Assembly (NCBI GenBank): GCA_963749655.1
Contig: CAVVOB010000023.1
Span: forward strand, 32,001 to 96,000
Length of the DNA: 64,000 nt
Source: Nitrospirota bacterium
Lineage (GTDB): Bacteria > Nitrospirota > UBA9217
Direction: 5' to 3'
Under the pieces are notes generated by a model, which had not been told where the DNA came from, searched no databases, and saw only the letters and a list, made by a program, of their open reading frames with translations. Of this stretch, positions 63,064-64,000 are shown in pieces; position 1 is the first letter of the stretch; each line of letters opens with the position of its first letter. The translations under genes and the position numbers were made by a program.

Positions 63064-64000
63064 ATGAGCGTGTTCGCAAGGATCAGGGAGCGTTTCGCAA
63101 AGGTCAGGAGCAACCTCACAAGCCTCGACAGCCAGCCCTTGAGCAAGGCGGCGCTGGTCATCATTCTTTTTCTTGACGTCTTTATCCTTACCTCGATCTT
63201 TCACGGCCTCGAGGAGCACACCCGTCAGCTCAGCACCCCGGACGCCTACATCCCTCATTCCTGCAGAGACATGGTGATCAACAGGGACTGGAACCCCACG
63301 AACCGGATCGACAACCTCGCTTCCCTTGTGCCCTCCTACGGGGGAGGCTATTACCTGGCGCCTGGTAAAAAGCAGGACATCCATCCTCTCTGCGCGCCCT
63401 ACGTCGACCTTCTGGACCGGATCAAAAGCGACAAGGAGCTCGTCGCCTCGTTCGAAGACCGGGGCAAGTTTTTGAATGAAACAAGGGAGCTCCAGCGCGA
63501 AATCGGGAGCACCAAGGGCGCCTACGACACGTCGCTCTTCGAAACCATCGCAAAACAGAAACAGGGCCAGGCCAATGTCGGCAAGATCAAGCAGGAGGTC
63601 CGAGACAAGACCAATGCCCTGAACACCTTAAAAGAACGGATCGCGGCCCTGGAGCTCACGATCAACGGGAACGCGCTCGTTCAGGCGCTCTGGGAAAAGC
63701 TGCAAACTCTCAGACCCGAGGACCGGGAGAAGTTGAGGGATGACCTGAGCAGGCTGTACTTCTGGTACCCGGTGAAGCGTCTGGCTATGCAGATGGTCTT
63801 CCTCCTGCCGATCTTCGTCGTCTTCTACATATGGAACAACGTGAGCATCAGGAAAAGTCGAGGCCTCCAGGTCCTCGTCTCGTCTCATCTCCTCGTGGTT
63901 TCGTTCATCCCGGTCTTCTTCAAGATCATCGAGACGGTCTACGACATCATTCCGAAAAAATTCCTCGTGAAGGTCATCGCCCTCCTGGAATCCCTCAAGC
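63064..64000 (+). CDS. Membrane protein with a coiled-coil loop (runs off the right edge)
   Basis: Open frame MSVFARIRERF..LSKAALVIILFLDVFILTSIF.. with further TM helices; RBS GGAGG. Confidence 0.75.
   Translation, partial: MSVFARIRERFAKVRSNLTSLDSQPLSKAALVIILFLDVFILTSIFHGLEEHTRQLSTPDAYIPHSCRDMVINRDWNPTNRIDNLASLVPSYGGGYYLAPGKKQDIHPLCAPYVDLLDRIKSDKELVASFEDRGKFLNETRELQREIGSTKGAYDTSLFETIAKQKQGQANVGKIKQEVRDKTNALNTLKERIAALELTINGNALVQALWEKLQTLRPEDREKLRDDLSRLYFWYPVKRLAMQMVFLLPIFVVFYIWNNVSIRKSRGLQVLVSSHLLVVSFIPVFFKIIETVYDIIPKKFLVKVIALLESLK

Overview
GC-rich bacterial chromosomal window. Gene style suggests a Nitrospirota/Desulfobacterota-like organism, but that is a low-confidence inference. (1) 1-8.2 kb is a defence/TA islet: three type II TA loci (one cut by the window edge) and a type III R-M system (mod-res). 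Between mod and res sit a nucleotidyltransferase pseudogene and a small GIY-YIG nuclease, embedded in a cluster of nested, covarying palindromic repeats with a 13-bp duplication. (2) dciA, galT-like/glgA, a GAF histidine kinase with a response regulator, rlmD and an MNT-HEPN pair. (3) An ~11-kb Ser/Thr phospho-signalling locus (2 Hanks kinases, 2 PP2C, 4 FHA-containing proteins, 2 vWA domains) with its own FHA-sigma54 activator and a sigma54 promoter. (4) Metabolic genes, a complete IS4-family element with TIRs and a 9-bp TSD, secA, a tetraheme cytochrome and an ArsB/NhaD-DUF192 fusion. (5) The ffh-rpsP-rimM-trmD-rplS-rnhB-yraN cluster, rimO and an S1 protein. (6) A QseE/G/F (GlrK/GlrR)-like triad followed by a sigma54-driven cassette bounded by 24-bp inverted repeats. 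(7) dusB, yajD and an NrtR-SPFH-NAD-kinase-like operon with two operators. Many intergenic spacers carry bipartite 7-/9-mer inverted repeat elements. About eight single-base frameshifts, one in the essential ffh, indicate uncorrected sequencing indels. No rRNA, tRNA or CRISPR array was seen. Family calls come from motifs recognised by eye; no database searches were run.
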